A DNA stretch of 64,000 nt from Balamuthia mandrillaris (lineage: Eukaryota). Positions within the stretch are counted from its first letter, which is position 1; each line of letters opens with the position of its first letter. Of this stretch, positions 1-13,054 are shown one piece after another. A program made the translations under genes and the position numbers. The stretch is taken from positions 124,001 through 188,000 of the forward strand of contig JAVKOQ020000014.1 of assembly GCA_031835245.2 (NCBI GenBank). The letters are read 5' to 3'. The notes beneath the pieces are model-generated. The model did no database searches. It was not told the origin of the DNA and was given only the letters and a program-made list of their open reading frames with translations.

Positions 1-1849
1 TCTCTCTGCTTTTCTTACTCTTTCTTTTAAAAAAAATCTCTCTTTTCTAACCTCTCGCTTCTCATTTCTCATTCCATAAATATATCCAAGACTTAGACAA
101 CGTTTACGTTTGGGGCAGCGGACTTAGAGCCAGAGACACGGCATCACGCCACAAATCCTCTTCCAACAATAACAAAGCGATTTCCTTTCACCAACCCCAA
201 ATCGTGCGACCACTTATGGGGAAAAGTGTGAAAGATGTGGCTTGCGGCTATGGCCACACCATAGCTCTCACCGCAGACAACCATGTGTACGCTTGGGAGT
301 CTTTGTCGATCTCTCCAAATGCCACTTCTTTGTCAGCTTCACCCTCGAGAGCTCGTTCGACTTCTCTGTACCTCATGCCCTCTTTTTCTGGAGTGGTAGT
401 GATGAGCGTTGGAGGAGGAGATGGTTTTTCTGTCGTAGTGTCAGGTTCTCTCTCTCTCTCTCTCTCTCTCCTTTTCTCGTTGATATTGTATTTAACATTG
501 CCTGCTTGAACCAACCAGATAAAGGGGAACTGTTCAGCTGGGGCAAAGTGCCTCACCACAATTTCGGTCCAATTCAACATGAACCTTCTTTGGTTTCCTT
601 TCCTCATCCCTCCTCTGTGAGCTCGCCACGCAGATTATTAGCAGGTACGTTTGACATATTCCTTTTAACTCTGCAAAGCAAAACTAACAACTTTGCGCAC
701 AGACAAACTTGAAATGGATGATGCTACTATACAACGGTATGACCAACATGCGTTGGAAGTCGCTCTTCGACGATTATTCAAAACCTATCGTCCCACTTTG
801 ATGCTTCAACGTTGTATACAATGGTCTAACTGGAGTGCTGCTGCTATTGTACGACTCCTCTTTCTTCGTTGCTCGTATCCTTCCTTTTCTTTTTCTCCTT
901 TTCTTGCCTAACCTTATATCTTCTACAAAAACACAGTTGCACACTCTACTCGGCAACGACAGGGAGGCTCTTTTGTGCAGGTTGAACGATATAACTATGG
1001 CAAACAAAGGAGAGACGCAAGAAATAACCTCAGTCCTTCGGCTGTTTTCCACCCTCCAGGAACAGAAGGATTGTGACGAAAAGAAGGCCTCCTTGATCGA
1101 CCTGGTTTGCTTTCTCTTATTTTTTTTCTCCTTGCTTTCTTTGCTCATAAATGATTGTTCTGAAACACAACTTATATAATCAGATATTACGTTTTTGGCA
1201 AGAGAGAAAATTGCCAGTTGAACCACTGGAAGACTTTTTGCAAAAAAACCTGTCCCACTTGGGACAGGTGTTAGGCATAGTGTTACAGCACTATGACCAA
1301 CCAGATTCCCCCTTCAGAGGATTAGCCTTCTCCAACGAGCTCTTCAAGAACATTGCCCACATTTGCATGAGCCGTTTGACATCTCACCTCCATAGCAGCA
1401 ATTCTTCCTCCGCCTCTTCCTCCGCCTCTTCCTCCTCCTCTTCCTCCTCTTCTTCTTTAACCCCAACTGGGCAACTCTCAGAAGAAGCTCTTTGGAAGGA
1501 GATCTCCGCCACCTTGTTCCACTCCCAATGGAACAAACGAGCGTTCATCGATCTGCCTTCCTCTCAATTAAGCAACAGCACCGCATCAGCTGAAGAGGAC
1601 GGAGAAGTGGTGGCTTTCACCTGCGATAAGGCTCACAGCTTCCCGAGAAAGACTTTCTTTGAGAGGGTGTTGCCCAACTTCAAGTCCTTGCTCGCCGCCT
1701 TTCCCAAGGAGGCCGCTCTGCCGCTGACGAGCGAAGCCTTGCAGGCGGAGTACCAACAACGGATCATCCGCTTGGCCTGCCCCATTTGTCTCTACAACAC
1801 TCTCCACTTTGAGCTCAGCCAACGATACCCCTCTTTGAGTGCTTCATGA
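1..1849 (+). CDS. 3' part of a multi-exon RCC1-repeat protein with a C-terminal Cys/His motif region (possibly claret-like)
   Basis: RCC1-type motifs (VKDVACGYGHTIALT..VYAW, VGGGDGFSVVV..GELFSWG) lie in exons separated by GT-AG introns. The last exon has FTCDKAH...ACPIC and stops at 1849. The 5' end is outside the window. The claret resemblance is from memory only. Confidence 0.65.
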
Positions 1850-2515
1850 GCAAAGCATCAGATCATGATGGTTTAATACTTTTATTTTTGACAGTTTAAC
1901 CAACGACTCTCCGTGCTGCGCATTCATTTGTGGAAAGGTTCGGTTGGTTGGTTGGTTGCTTTACTGGCGCAGCACAACCTCCTCTCCCTTTCGGTCTAGT
2001 TCACGTCGCTTTCGTTTGCTTACAGAGAGAGCGAGCGGGGCTGCTGTAGTACTTCTCTTCACTTCGGTGTGTCAAATTATTATTGATCGAATTATGTGTC
2101 GACGGCCCGTAAGGCAACGAGAACGTTGAAAATCTGTCCAAACTTCCCAGCCATTTGCCAAAGGAGCAGGCCGATGTCATGTGATGCATCCAAAGAACGT
2201 CGCCCAGCAATAAACCCAACAAAAACCACGAAAGGGTTCGACATAATCGGACGGAAGCAAACCAACAGAGCAGAAAGAAGCAAAAACCAAAAAAAAAAAA
2301 ACAGCATCGTTCTCATCCCATCGACAAAGATTTGGAAAGCAGAGAGAACTAGGTTGCTTTTTCTACTCTCTTGTTCTCACGTTGCTTTTTTTGTTTCCAT
2401 TTCAAATAGTAAAGTTTACTCATCGATTGTTTTGAAGAAAAAAGCAAGATTGTGGGCTCGGACTTTTTTATTAGCCTGTTTTTTGCACAACAATAACCTT
2501 ATTGTATGATTCAAG

Positions 2516-5500
2516 ATGAAGACCTACAAGTTTAGGGTACCTCGCTCCTCTCCACCCTAGTTTTTCTTCTTTGTGTTATGCTCCATGAGAGCGAAGACAA
2601 CTTTGGCAGGCTCGACCTCGCTCTAATAAAACAACCGAAACCGCGACCCATCACCACCACCACCACTAGGGGGAGTGGAGGGGCAAGAGCGCCGGTGGCT
2701 GTTTGAACCACTCCACGTGGCGCTACAACCCGCAGCTGTTTTTGAGCGTGAAGCAAACCACGCAGCTTGCCTTGAAGCTCATGCAGGAAGGAGAGGAGTT
2801 GTTTCATATTGGGTTTTATGTGGCCAAGAGCGATGGTTGCTTTTTTTTGTTCCTGTTCTCTTTTCTCTTCATCTTTGTCTCGTTTTTATCTTCTATCCTC
2901 TTGCTCTTATTTTCCTCTCTTCTCTCTTCTCTCTTCTCTCTTCTCTCTTCTCTCTTCTCTCTTCTCTCTTCTCTCTTCTCTCTTCTCTCTTCTCTCTTCT
3001 CTCTTCTCTTTCTCTCTTCTCTCTTCTCTCTTCTCTCTTCTCTTCCTCTCTTCTCTCTTCTCTCTTCTCTCTTCTCTCTTCTCTCTTCTCTCTTCTCTCT
3101 TCTCTCTTCTCTCTCTTTCCTCTATTCTGGTCTCTTTTCGATTCTCTCACTTCTCCTGTTGCTAACTCATTGCTTGTCTCGTTTACTATGTTTCTTGTTT
3201 GACCTTTATAGGAAGTGGCCGGCGGCAACTTTCTCTTTCGCGAGACCAGCTTGTAGCTAAGGCTGCATTTGAGGATAGCAAAACAGGTTTCTTTTTCCTC
3301 AATGCTAACACAAAAAACAACAGAGTTATTTTTTAAGCTCACTCATGTTTTTCTTTGAATGCGTTTCAGTTTCGTTGGACCTAACATTGGAGGGGTCAGA
3401 GGTGCCGTATATAGTAATCCCAAGCACTTTCAATCCAGAGAGTGAGTGCAAGTTCACCATGACGTTCACCTCAGAAGGCGTCATTGGACTCGAGCCTCTC
3501 TCTCCGAGTAAAGAATGGAAGCATGTCAGTGTGGAGGTACATACCGTTGTGTTGTTGTTTCATGCCATCTCATAAGCTTTTTGTTGTATTCTAACTTGAT
3601 GCATTTCCTAAATACTAAAAGGGCGAGTGGGCAGGCAAAAGCGCTGGTGGTTGCAAAAACAATCCCACATGTCCCAACAATCCACAATACCTGCTGCAAG
3701 TCACGGAGCCAACCGTGGCACACATGTTGCTTGTACAAAACGATAAAACAGAGTTTGACCACATTGGCTTCTATGTTGCTAAGACCGGTTAATCCCATCT
3801 TCTTTTTGTCCTCTTTAGTGTTGTTATTCTTATTCTCCTTTTCATTCTCTCGTTATCTTTCTTTGCTTCTCTTTCTTTATCATGATTATAGGTAGTCCAA
3901 CCGTAAAGCTGGTGAAAATCAGCACCAGCGACATACTTGGTAAAGCTGAGTTTGCTAGTTGCCGAGAGGGTACACTCATACTCCGCCTTCTCCTTTGCTC
4001 TACTCCTTATGTTCTTGTCATGGCTGACAAAAAAACCTCAATAGCGTACTGGAAGTGCTCACTGACACCAGATAAATTTTACGTGATAGTGCCTTGCACT
4101 TTCGACCCCGGCTACGAAAGTAAGTTTAGGCTGACTGTCTTAAGCGACAATGCCGTTAAGATCAAAAAGTTGCAAGACGCCCAAGGCCTCTCCAAATACG
4201 GAGAATGGACAGCGGGAACAGCGGGAGGCTGCATCAATCATTCCAGTTGGAGGGACAATCCTCAATTCTTCTTGACAGTCAAGAAAGAACTGAGCGCCAC
4301 TATTACCTTGAAGCAACTGGAAGAAAACAAAATGGCATCCATTGGATTCTATATCGCCAAGAGCAACGGTGTGTTTTTGCGTTTTCTATTCCCTTCTTTC
4401 AACAAAACATACCATTTGCTTACTCTCACCTTTTTTCTTCCGGTTTTATTGAAGGGCGGAGGCAATTGGTTCTAACTCCAAGCGACTTGGTGGAAAAAGG
4501 AGCTTTTGAGAAACGCAAGTCCATCTCAGTAGAGGTTTCTCTACAACCGGCCGAGTTTCCCTACGTAATCATTCCTTGCACGTTTTATCCTAACCACGTG
4601 GGCCGCTTTTCTCTCTCAGTGTCTGCCCACACCAACATCGGCCCAACCGATCTCATTTTGAAGGAATGCAAAGACTCTTGGAAGAAAATCAAGGCAGTGG
4701 TACGTTTATTGTGTATTTCGTCCTGCTGTTAACGCTTTGCATTGACTTCTGCTCTTCTTGTTCTTCTTTTTCTTTTCTTCTTCTCCCTCTTCCTCCTCTC
4801 TTTCCCATTTTAAAGGGCAAATGGGAAGGTGATACTGCTGGTGGTTGCAGAAACCATCGAAGTTGGCTCAAGAATCCTCAGTTTGGAGTTCATCTCAAAA
4901 CAACCTGCGAACTGGTGACGATACTATCCCAACCAAACTCTCAAAACAGCATTGGCTTCTATGTCATCCGTAACAAAGGTTAGCAGCGATTCTGCGCAAA
5001 GGGCGATTCATCTTTTTTCTTTGGTTATTCCAATTGTTATGTATGTCTTTTTGTGTTCAATGTCTCATTTTTTTTAAAACAAAATGAACAGAAATGCGCT
5101 CTATGGGTGCCGTCAAGAAAGAAGATATTATCCAGAAGTCAATCTTTCGGAAAGATGAAGAAGGTCTGTTCCTTTTCCCGCCCATTTCAATATAACCACA
5201 AGAGATGCTCTCTCTTTCTGCATCTCTTGAGTCTCTCTCGCTTACCTCATTTCATTCTTATTATTATTATTGGTATCTTTGTATATAACAGTAAACACGG
5301 AAGCATTAATGGACGCAGGCTACTACAACATCATTCCGTGCTTGTTCGAAGCAGGCATGGAGGGCAACTTCGAGTTGATTCTCTATTGCCAAGAGGAGAT
5401 CGAGTTTGAGGCCTTTGACGAGACCTGTAGCATCATTGCTCACAACGACTCTCCTGCTGGCAGCAGTAATCACAGTGGCAAACTCTTCGACTCAAGTTTG

Positions 5501-7162
5501 GTCTCTGGCGGTGGCACGGAGATCGTTCACATGGCCAAAATGCAACTTGCGAAGGAGGTGGAACGGCCGCAGGCCTCCACGGAAGAACCGCCACAATTAA
5601 GTCCCAGAAACACGGTGATAGAGGTAACGGTCGAAGTGAACCACAACAGCAACAGCAACAGCAACAATGCAACTACAAGCCCAAATGGGAGCGACTCCGG
5701 ATCCTCGCTCCACAAAAAAGAGAAAAATGGAAGCGTGGGCAGCGGCTCCGCTCTCACTCTCAAAGTGGAGCCCAAAGAAGAAAAGGAGACGACGACCGGA
5801 AAGAAGAAAAAGAAAAAACAGAAGGAGACGCTCAAACAAAACAAAAAAGAAAAGAAAGCCACGCCCCGAGCGGAGAAGAAGGAAAAGGAGGAGGGAGTTG
5901 GCAAAAAGAAAAAGAAAAAGAAGAAGCAGAAAGAGGAAGGAGCCACCGCCGCCAAAGGCAAAGAAAAGACCAAGAAGAAGATCAAGCGAAAGGCCAGCGG
6001 CGGCAAGACCAGCCCAAAGTCTTCTTCCGCCTCCCAAGACGCTAACAACAGCGGCAGTGTTAGAGCCATTGCTTCCGGAGAGGCCCATCCATGGGCCATC
6101 GACTTTGAGGAACTGGTGTTCCAAGAGAAGATAGGGCAGGGCGGCTTCGGCGTGGTGTACAAAGGAACTTGGAGGGGCACGACCGTCGCCATCAAAAAGC
6201 TGTTGTCGGAGGACATGGATGACCCAAGCGACTACCAAGAGTTTATCAAAGAGATTGAAATTATGAGGTTGGTTCTTTTTTTCTTTTTATAAGTTGTTAT
6301 ATATTATTCTTATTCTTTTTTCTTTTTTCTTATTCTTTTTCTCCAAAACCAAAAACAAAAGCAAACTTCGGCATCCGAATGTGGTACAATTTCTGGGAGC
6401 ATGCTTGCAACCGCCAAACATCTGTATCGTGACGGAGTTTTTGGAGAAGGGGAACCTCGCGGAGGTGCTGAAGCGTGACAAGGACGGCAGCGAGCCGCTT
6501 TCCTGGCATAAAAAGATAAAGATGGCGAGGCAGGCCGCCCAAGGCATGAACTACCTCCATCAATCCAAGCCTAAGATCGTCCATAGGGACCTCAAATCCT
6601 TGAACCTTCTTGTACTTACCTCCTGTTCTTCTTTCTTTCATCTTTCTGTTCTTCATTTTTTATTCTTTTCTTCTCTTTGCTGTTTCTTTGTTCTTTTCTT
6701 TTCCTCCTTTCATTTTCGTTTTGTTCTTCTTTGCTTATTTTTCGTTTTGCTTATTCGTTTCTTTAAACAACAAAGGTGGATGAGAACTTGACAGTAAAAG
6801 TGGCCGACTTTGGACTGTCTAAGCTGACAGTAACAGGCAACACCCTCAACAGCAAAGTAGGCTCGTTGAACTGGTGTGCTCCCGAGATCCTCCTACAGAA
6901 CATGCCCTACACCGACAAGGCGGACATCTACAGCTTCGGCATGGTGCTGTGGGAGCTACTAACGCATGAGGCCCCATTCTACGGGCTTCATCCGCTGCAG
7001 ATAGTGAGGGCCATCGACCAGGGCAAGCTGCCGGACATCCCCAAGACCTGTCCGCCAGACTATGCCAAGCTCATCAGCGATTGTTGGGAGAAGGATCCCA
7101 ACAAGAGGCCTTCCTTCGATGAGATACTCGTTCGTTTGCAAAAGTTGGAAGGCAGTGGATAA
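2516..7162 (+). CDS. Multi-exon protein with four calpain domain-III (C2-like) repeats, a Lys-rich linker and a C-terminal TKL-group protein kinase
   Basis: ATG 2516 (MKTYKFR), intron 2537-2669. Four G(E/K)WxGxxAGGCxN..NPQ motifs occur at ~2670, 3620, 4200 and 4815, each followed by IGFY and YxIIP. Kinase motifs: IGQGGFGVVY, VAIK, HRDLKSLNLL, DFG, APE, DIYSFG, RPSF. Stop at 7162. Confidence 0.85.
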
Positions 7163-7333
7163 ACAGTGCTTGTGGTTTTTCCTCTCTTTCTTTCCTTAGG
7201 TTGTTTTTTATCCTTCTTTTGCTTTTTGCCTCCTCTCTTTCTTTCTTGTCTCGTGGCTGGATAGAGAAGAGGGTTGAATAAATAAATAAGCTGTTGTTTC
7301 TTAATTTTCGTTTCTTTCTTTCATGTTCTTTGT

Positions 7334-8041
7334 TCAGTCGTCGTGGTTGGAGTGTTGTTGTTGTTGTTGTTGTTCGAAGAAGAAGAAGAAGCAGCAGAGG
7401 AGGAAGGCAGTGGCGGCAGCTGGTCGCCTCGTCCTAACAGCGCCCGTAGGTTTGTGCTCCTCACTCTGGTTGTTGATGTCAATCTTCAGCTTTGAAAGTG
7501 TGAACCGCGAACACCAATGAAGACAAACAAAAACAGAAAGGTACGTACACTTCTCTTTCTCCCTGGCCAAGAGGTGATTCCAGCTGACTCAGATCTCTGA
7601 TGAGAAAGGTAAGACCGGGCAGCACCCCTAACAGCATCCCCGCAAGGAAGCCAGTCACTCCTGCGCCAACCCTTTGAGGAACAGGAGCCCTTTCCAAGCC
7701 CCGCGCTCTTCGAGACAAATCTGTGGTAAAGCAAAAGAGTTGGCCACAATGAAGCCAAACAAACAATAGGCAGAAGAAGAAGAAAGACCGTAAAGGCTTC
7801 TGCCAACAAAGGTGAAGCACAAGGCACCAACGGCAGCGCCACCTAACATTAGTTCTTGTGCTCGTCGGATGAGATCCTTCTCCATCTGGTTGAACTCATA
7901 CTCCAAAGCAACTCTCTTCGTGGTGGCACCAGCCGCTGCTGCGCTTTTGCTGTGTGTTGCTGCGTCATCCCCCGGCACTATGATTGTGATTTCCTCCTCC
8001 CCTTCCTCCCCCCGCTGCGCCGCCAACGTCTTTCCCGCCAT
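7334..8041 (-). CDS. Small spliced hypothetical membrane protein (about 2 TM segments)
   Basis: ATG 8041 (MAGKTLAAQ). The hydrophobic segments LMLGGAAVGALCFTFVG and GVTGFLAGMLLGVLPGLTFLI can be joined via GT-AG introns. The last exon ends HSNHDD* at 7334. Confidence 0.5.
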
Positions 8042-8279
8042 CTCCTCCTTCTTCTTCCTCTTCTTCCTCTGCTTCTTCTTTGCCGATGATTTGTCTAATA
8101 TTTCCTAACATAATAGCTCCAAAGTTTATTGGTTGTCTAATGGGTTGGTTCGCTCAACCTCTTATGTTTTAAAACTACAGTGCAGCATATGTCTGGCAAG
8201 AAACAACCCTTTCTGGTGACGCTCCACTTCTTCCTTCTCCTCTTCCTCTTCCTCCTCCTCCAACACCTTTTCTCCGTTT

Positions 8280-9370
8280 TCACCGCCTGAACCACGGGCA
8301 AAGGTTTCTTCCAGGGACAAGGCTTCCGGGCGTATCAAGCTTCTCCCGATTTCGCTGGAAAACTGGTTCCGAAAGGGCTGGGTTTCGTTTCCGCCATGGC
8401 GTTTTGTTTGAAGTGCATGGCATGAGTGCTCTCGGGATTTCTAGAAAGGTTTTTTTGGTGGACCTCAGAAGGGGAGAAGGCAATCGGGCTGTCTTGTACA
8501 GTTTAGTTGAGGCCGGTAATCTGTTTCTCACTCTTTGCACGCTTGTAAGGGATCCTAGGAACTGGGGGAGGACGTCGGAGTGATGGACTATACTTTCTTT
8601 GGGCGCGAGGTCTATCCTCGATCGGCTGAATCTACCTTTCTTTTCATTCATGCTCGCCCAGGTCATGGCGTGGAGGGTGGTGTAGGCGTCCACTAGTTTG
8701 AGTTCTTTTAGCATTGCCGTAAGGCCTTTAGAGACTTTAGCGCTTAGGTTGGCCTTGTCTTCTATTCGTAAATATTTGCTTTGAGGTCTCCTGCGATTCG
8801 CCCTTTGCAGCTGAGCTTTTCTAGATGAGGGGTGAGGACAGGCCAGAAGTTTTCATTGTCTTTGGTGTGCCGCGGGAGCATATGGCGCTACGAAGTAGTG
8901 ATACCTAGCCCTCTCTGCACTACTCAAACCTATCCTACATCACAACAAAGTGGATGCCACCGTTGTGGAAAGCCTTGAAAATTTGTTTTTGGGTAAGGAA
9001 GGACAAGCGCAAGGAGGGCCAAAGCTATGGATAGGCAATATAAAGAAACGCCCTGTTCGCTTTGAACCTCCTTGCGCTTGTCCTTCCCATAGACTGTATC
9101 GAGCACTTCCAACTTGAAGGTACCACTGCCAGTATTTCAATCTGAGCGTTCTCAAACAGCATCCATGCTGAAGTGGTAACAAACATCCTTCCACAACTTT
9201 CTACCTGCACCATCTTCGCCGCCCAGTGCCTTAGGGCACAGTGCCTCTCGGGCTGCTTCTACGATCTCTGCTGCCGTGTGCTTGGGTTCTCTGAGGTAGA
9301 GGACGTGTTGGGGTCCTTGAACCACACTCTCGTTAAACACTATTAGGTTGAATATAGAACCTATGGCAAT
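8280..9370 (-). pseudogene. Degenerate APE-endonuclease fragment of a non-LTR retrotransposon
   Basis: APE-like motifs appear in order across frames: LIVFNES, NGGIHF, PYAP, IAGDLKA, LVDAY..TW..SRID. Stops and frameshifts are present; no RT was seen. Confidence 0.6.
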
Positions 9371-9542
9371 CCTGTTAATGCTAATTATATAATTAATAGA
9401 TAGGACAAATTAATGATGAGCACATGATTATATAATAAATATAAGGATAAATTAATGGTGATTTTATGATCAACGGGGTGCGACAACCGAGACAAACCGG
9501 CAGGAGAAAAAAACCCCAAAAAAAAAAGAACTAGCAGTGGCG

Positions 9543-10694
9543 ATGAGGTACCTGTGGAGGTACGTGGCGGTGGCCTCCCTGCTGGTGGCCCTTGGTTGGT
9601 TCACCTTCAGCAACATTCTCTCCGCGCAGCAGGCAAATCGCGATCGTCAGATCATGGTGAGGGAGGCCTCTTTGCAGAGCGGAATGCCTCTCTTCAAAGA
9701 AGAAGAGCAAGAGGAAGCAGCTGAAGATTTCAGGGTGTGGTTGTTCGTGATGGTGCCTGTCAACCGGACGTTGGTCCTTCCCTACTTTCTCCATCACTAC
9801 CTCTCCTTAGGCATAAAACCAGAGCTATGTCACGTCATACTGCACGTCCAGGATGAGGTGAAGCAAGCGGAAGATCTGCGCACCATGAAACACATCTTGC
9901 AAACCTTCAGCGTGCCGTTTGTGGTCTACGTAGGAGAGTACACCAACCACAACAAGGCGCGCCTCATGAAGCAGTACCAAAAGAAAAGGGGCGTTCGCCC
10001 CTCCGACTGGATGCTTCCCACTGACTCTGACGAGCTTCAACAATGGCTTCCCTTCATCAACAAACATCTCTCTTCTTCTGCTCTTTCTTCTCCTTCATCC
10101 AACGGCACTGACAACGCCGACGAGAACGAACAGGAGGCATTTACTTCGGTGCCAAAGTTTTTAAAGATGATAGCGCAACAGAACTATACTCACGTCAAAG
10201 GCGTCCTCGTGGACCGTCTCTCTTACGACGGTTCTCTCAAAGACCCGTTGCCCTTTCCTCTTCCTTCCTCTTCTTCTTCTGCCAAACAACAAACCACCGC
10301 AACCACTTTGGAAGAGCAATACCCACTGTGCTGCAACGTATCCAGAAAGGTATCAAGAGGCATCACCAGCAAGATTGCTGCCCACCGGTTCCAGTATCCG
10401 ATAGCGCCGACAGGGGCACACCGCATGCTCGACCATCCTCACTTGAAGCAATGGCCTTCTTCTGTAGCTAATGAGGGCATGAGAAGTAAAGGGGAGGGAG
10501 GCGGCATTATGCCCATCCATCACTTCAAGTTTGTGCCGGAGATGAAGTCCATGCTGGAAGACAGGGTGGCCGCCTACAAGTCACGGGGCATGAACTTATG
10601 GAAAATATCACAGCGGTTCTTGGATCACATGAACAGTCATGGCGGAAGGCTTTGTGTTACGTGTGCGGAGTTGCAATGCACTTCCGATTGTTAA
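9543..10694 (+). CDS. Intronless type II membrane glycosyltransferase-like protein (GT-A fold, Glyco_tranf_2_4-like)
   Basis: N-terminal signal anchor, LPYFLHHYLSLGI, WMLPTDSDE (DxD motif), GVLVDRLSYDG and IHHFKF. Confidence 0.6.
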   Translation: MRYLWRYVAVASLLVALGWFTFSNILSAQQANRDRQIMVREASLQSGMPLFKEEEQEEAAEDFRVWLFVMVPVNRTLVLPYFLHHYLSLGIKPELCHVILHVQDEVKQAEDLRTMKHILQTFSVPFVVYVGEYTNHNKARLMKQYQKKRGVRPSDWMLPTDSDELQQWLPFINKHLSSSALSSPSSNGTDNADENEQEAFTSVPKFLKMIAQQNYTHVKGVLVDRLSYDGSLKDPLPFPLPSSSSSAKQQTTATTLEEQYPLCCNVSRKVSRGITSKIAAHRFQYPIAPTGAHRMLDHPHLKQWPSSVANEGMRSKGEGGGIMPIHHFKFVPEMKSMLEDRVAAYKSRGMNLWKISQRFLDHMNSHGGRLCVTCAELQCTSDC

Positions 10695-10747
10695 AAACAT
10701 AACAGAAACGGAGAAAAGTGGAATAGAGCAAAAAAAAAAAAAAAGAT

Positions 10748-11808
10748 TTAATGGATGGTCTCCCAAACACGGATGTTGTTGTCGGTGTAACCGGCAAAGA
10801 GGGTGCTGCCATCAGCGGACCAGGCGAGGGACAGACAAGAGGGGTCCTTGATCTTGATGCTCTCGGCGGACTCCTCACCAAAGAAGGAGGAGGAGGCGGT
10901 GTACTTGTTAAGGTCAGCAACGGGGGCCTTGCTCTCCAAGTCCCAGATCTTAATGCCAGAGGTGGTAGCGGCGCACAACCAGTAGCGGTTGGGGCTGAAG
11001 ACCAGGGAGTTGATGTTGTCACCAGCGTCCAAGGAGTAAAGGTGCTTGCCCTCGTTCAAGTCCCACAACATGGCGGTACCGTCCTTGCCTCCAGAGGCAC
11101 AGAGAGAGCCGTCGGGAGAAACGGTCACGGTGTTGATGTAACCAGTGTGACCGACGAGGTTGGTCCTCAACCTGCAGTTGTTGAGGTTCCACACCTTTAC
11201 GACCTTGTCCCAACCACCGGAAACGATCAAGGGGTTGTGAGTGTTGGGGGAGAAACGCACACAACTAGCCCATTCAGTGTGAGAGCCCTCTCCGTCGATG
11301 GTGTACTTGCACTCACCGAGGGTGTTCCACCTATTTTACGGTATGCAAACGTTGAAGTTAAAACGAGAACGAGGCCAGAGCTCATGAAAACAGTGGGGGG
11401 GGGGAGCGAGGCGTACAGCTTGATGGACTTGTCCCTGGAACCAGACACGATTTGTCTGTTGTCAGCAGAGAAAGCGACGGACAAAACGTCCTTGCTGTGG
11501 CCAACGAAGCGGCGGGTGGTGGTACCATAGTTCAAGTCCCACAGACGGAGGGTGTTATCCCAGGAACCAGACAAAGCGAACTGACCGTCAGAGGAGATCA
11601 CCACGTCCTGTACGTAGTGAGAGTGACCGCGCAGGGCACGCTTGGGGGAACCGTACTCGGTGGGGTCGTCACGGTGGAGGTTCCACACGATGACGGACTT
11701 GTCACGAGAGGCGGAGAGGATCATGTTGGTGCTCTCGGGGGTGGTGGCGATGGAGTTAACCCATCCACCATGACCCCTAAGGATACCACGGAGAGAAAGT
11801 TCGGCCAT
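10748..11808 (-). CDS. RACK1: RACK1 (WD40 G-beta-like ribosomal scaffold), intron 11331-11416
   Basis: [56 protein letters not shown] and [11 protein letters not shown]. Confidence 0.97.
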
Positions 11809-12024
11809 TTGTCTGTTTGGGAGTGTCTCTAAGAGCTGCTACTAACCTGTGTTTTGGTGAAGAAACAAAAAGAAAAAAGAGGAAGGACGGGAGGGTTTGG
11901 CCTTTCTTCTCCCCTCGTTTCGGGGGTTGTGCGAGGGTTGGGAAGAAAAAACTCCGAATCTGGAGCTCCATTTGTGCATGTTTGGTGGACATGTGCTGCA
12001 CGGTCCATGCGCCAAAACAAATAA

Positions 12025-13010
12025 ATGGAGCAAGAAGAAGAGGTGGACGCCTTCGATCTCGCCGCACAGGAGAAGGGAAGCCTCTTGGAGGCTCTACCCA
12101 GCAGCCGCGCCGACCGGCACGTTGGGGAGATGGGCGTAGAGGTTCCTCCTCCGCATAGCTGCTGTAGTTGCAAATGGGGAACCATCCTGCGGATCTCGTT
12201 GCTATTATTTGGGCTGGGCGTTTGCGTGGCGGGCTTCATTACATGTACAGTTACAGGCTACACCGGGGTGCTTCTAAGGCATGGTTGAGTTCTCCCTCCT
12301 CTTCTCTTCTCCTCTTGCTCTTCTTTTGCATTTTTTCTGCTGTTTTCAAAACCACCACCATTTGAGTCTGCCTGCAGCTGAGCACCACCCTAAAATTTTG
12401 TTTCCACGCCACGAAAACGCTATAGTGGCTAAGTTGGGGATTTGGGGGAGGGTTATCTTCGTGGTGGCCTTCGTGGTGGTGGCCTTCCCATTCGTGACAG
12501 GCTACGTGGTATTGGCGTTGGGCTCGGGCTTCCTCTACGGTATATGGCAGGCCACCCTCATCATGGTGGTGGGGGCCAATATAGGAGCATGCCTTGCGTT
12601 TTTCGCCTGCAGGAAGCTGCTGCGCGGGTGGACTTTGCGGCAGGTCAGAAAGAGCGCTAAGCTGAGCGCTATCTTTGATGCTTTGGGAGAGAATGGTCTC
12701 AAGATCGCTTTCCTCATTCGCTTTGTACGACCAACCCCCATTCCTTCTTTCCTCTTTTTTTTTTCCTACATATCATATAACACACCGTTCCGTTATATAA
12801 CCCGTGTTTAGGTGCCTGTTCCTTTTGGTCTTCAAAGTGAGTATATATGGTTGTCGTTCTTGTTATCGTTTAATGTTTGGCTTGCTGTTGTTGGTTCGAT
12901 GGTTAGAACATTCTGCGTTAACACTTTTGTTTAATAGACATGGTACTGGCTAGCAGTGCTGCCATTCCCTTTTGGAGGTTCATGCTGGGCACTGCCTTAG
13001 GCTTGGTATG

Positions 13011-13054
<44 letters not shown>

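Noticed and set aside
2675..3342. Long LLSSLFS / REERREK repeat ORFs
   Set aside because: These are translations of an intronic (CTCTT)n microsatellite; similar spurious ORFs occur at 27.8, 55.6, 62.3 and 63.5 kb.
10751..11530. Long antisense ORFs over RACK1, the PLOD-like genes and MMSDH
   Set aside because: Shadow frames produced by GC3-rich codon usage.
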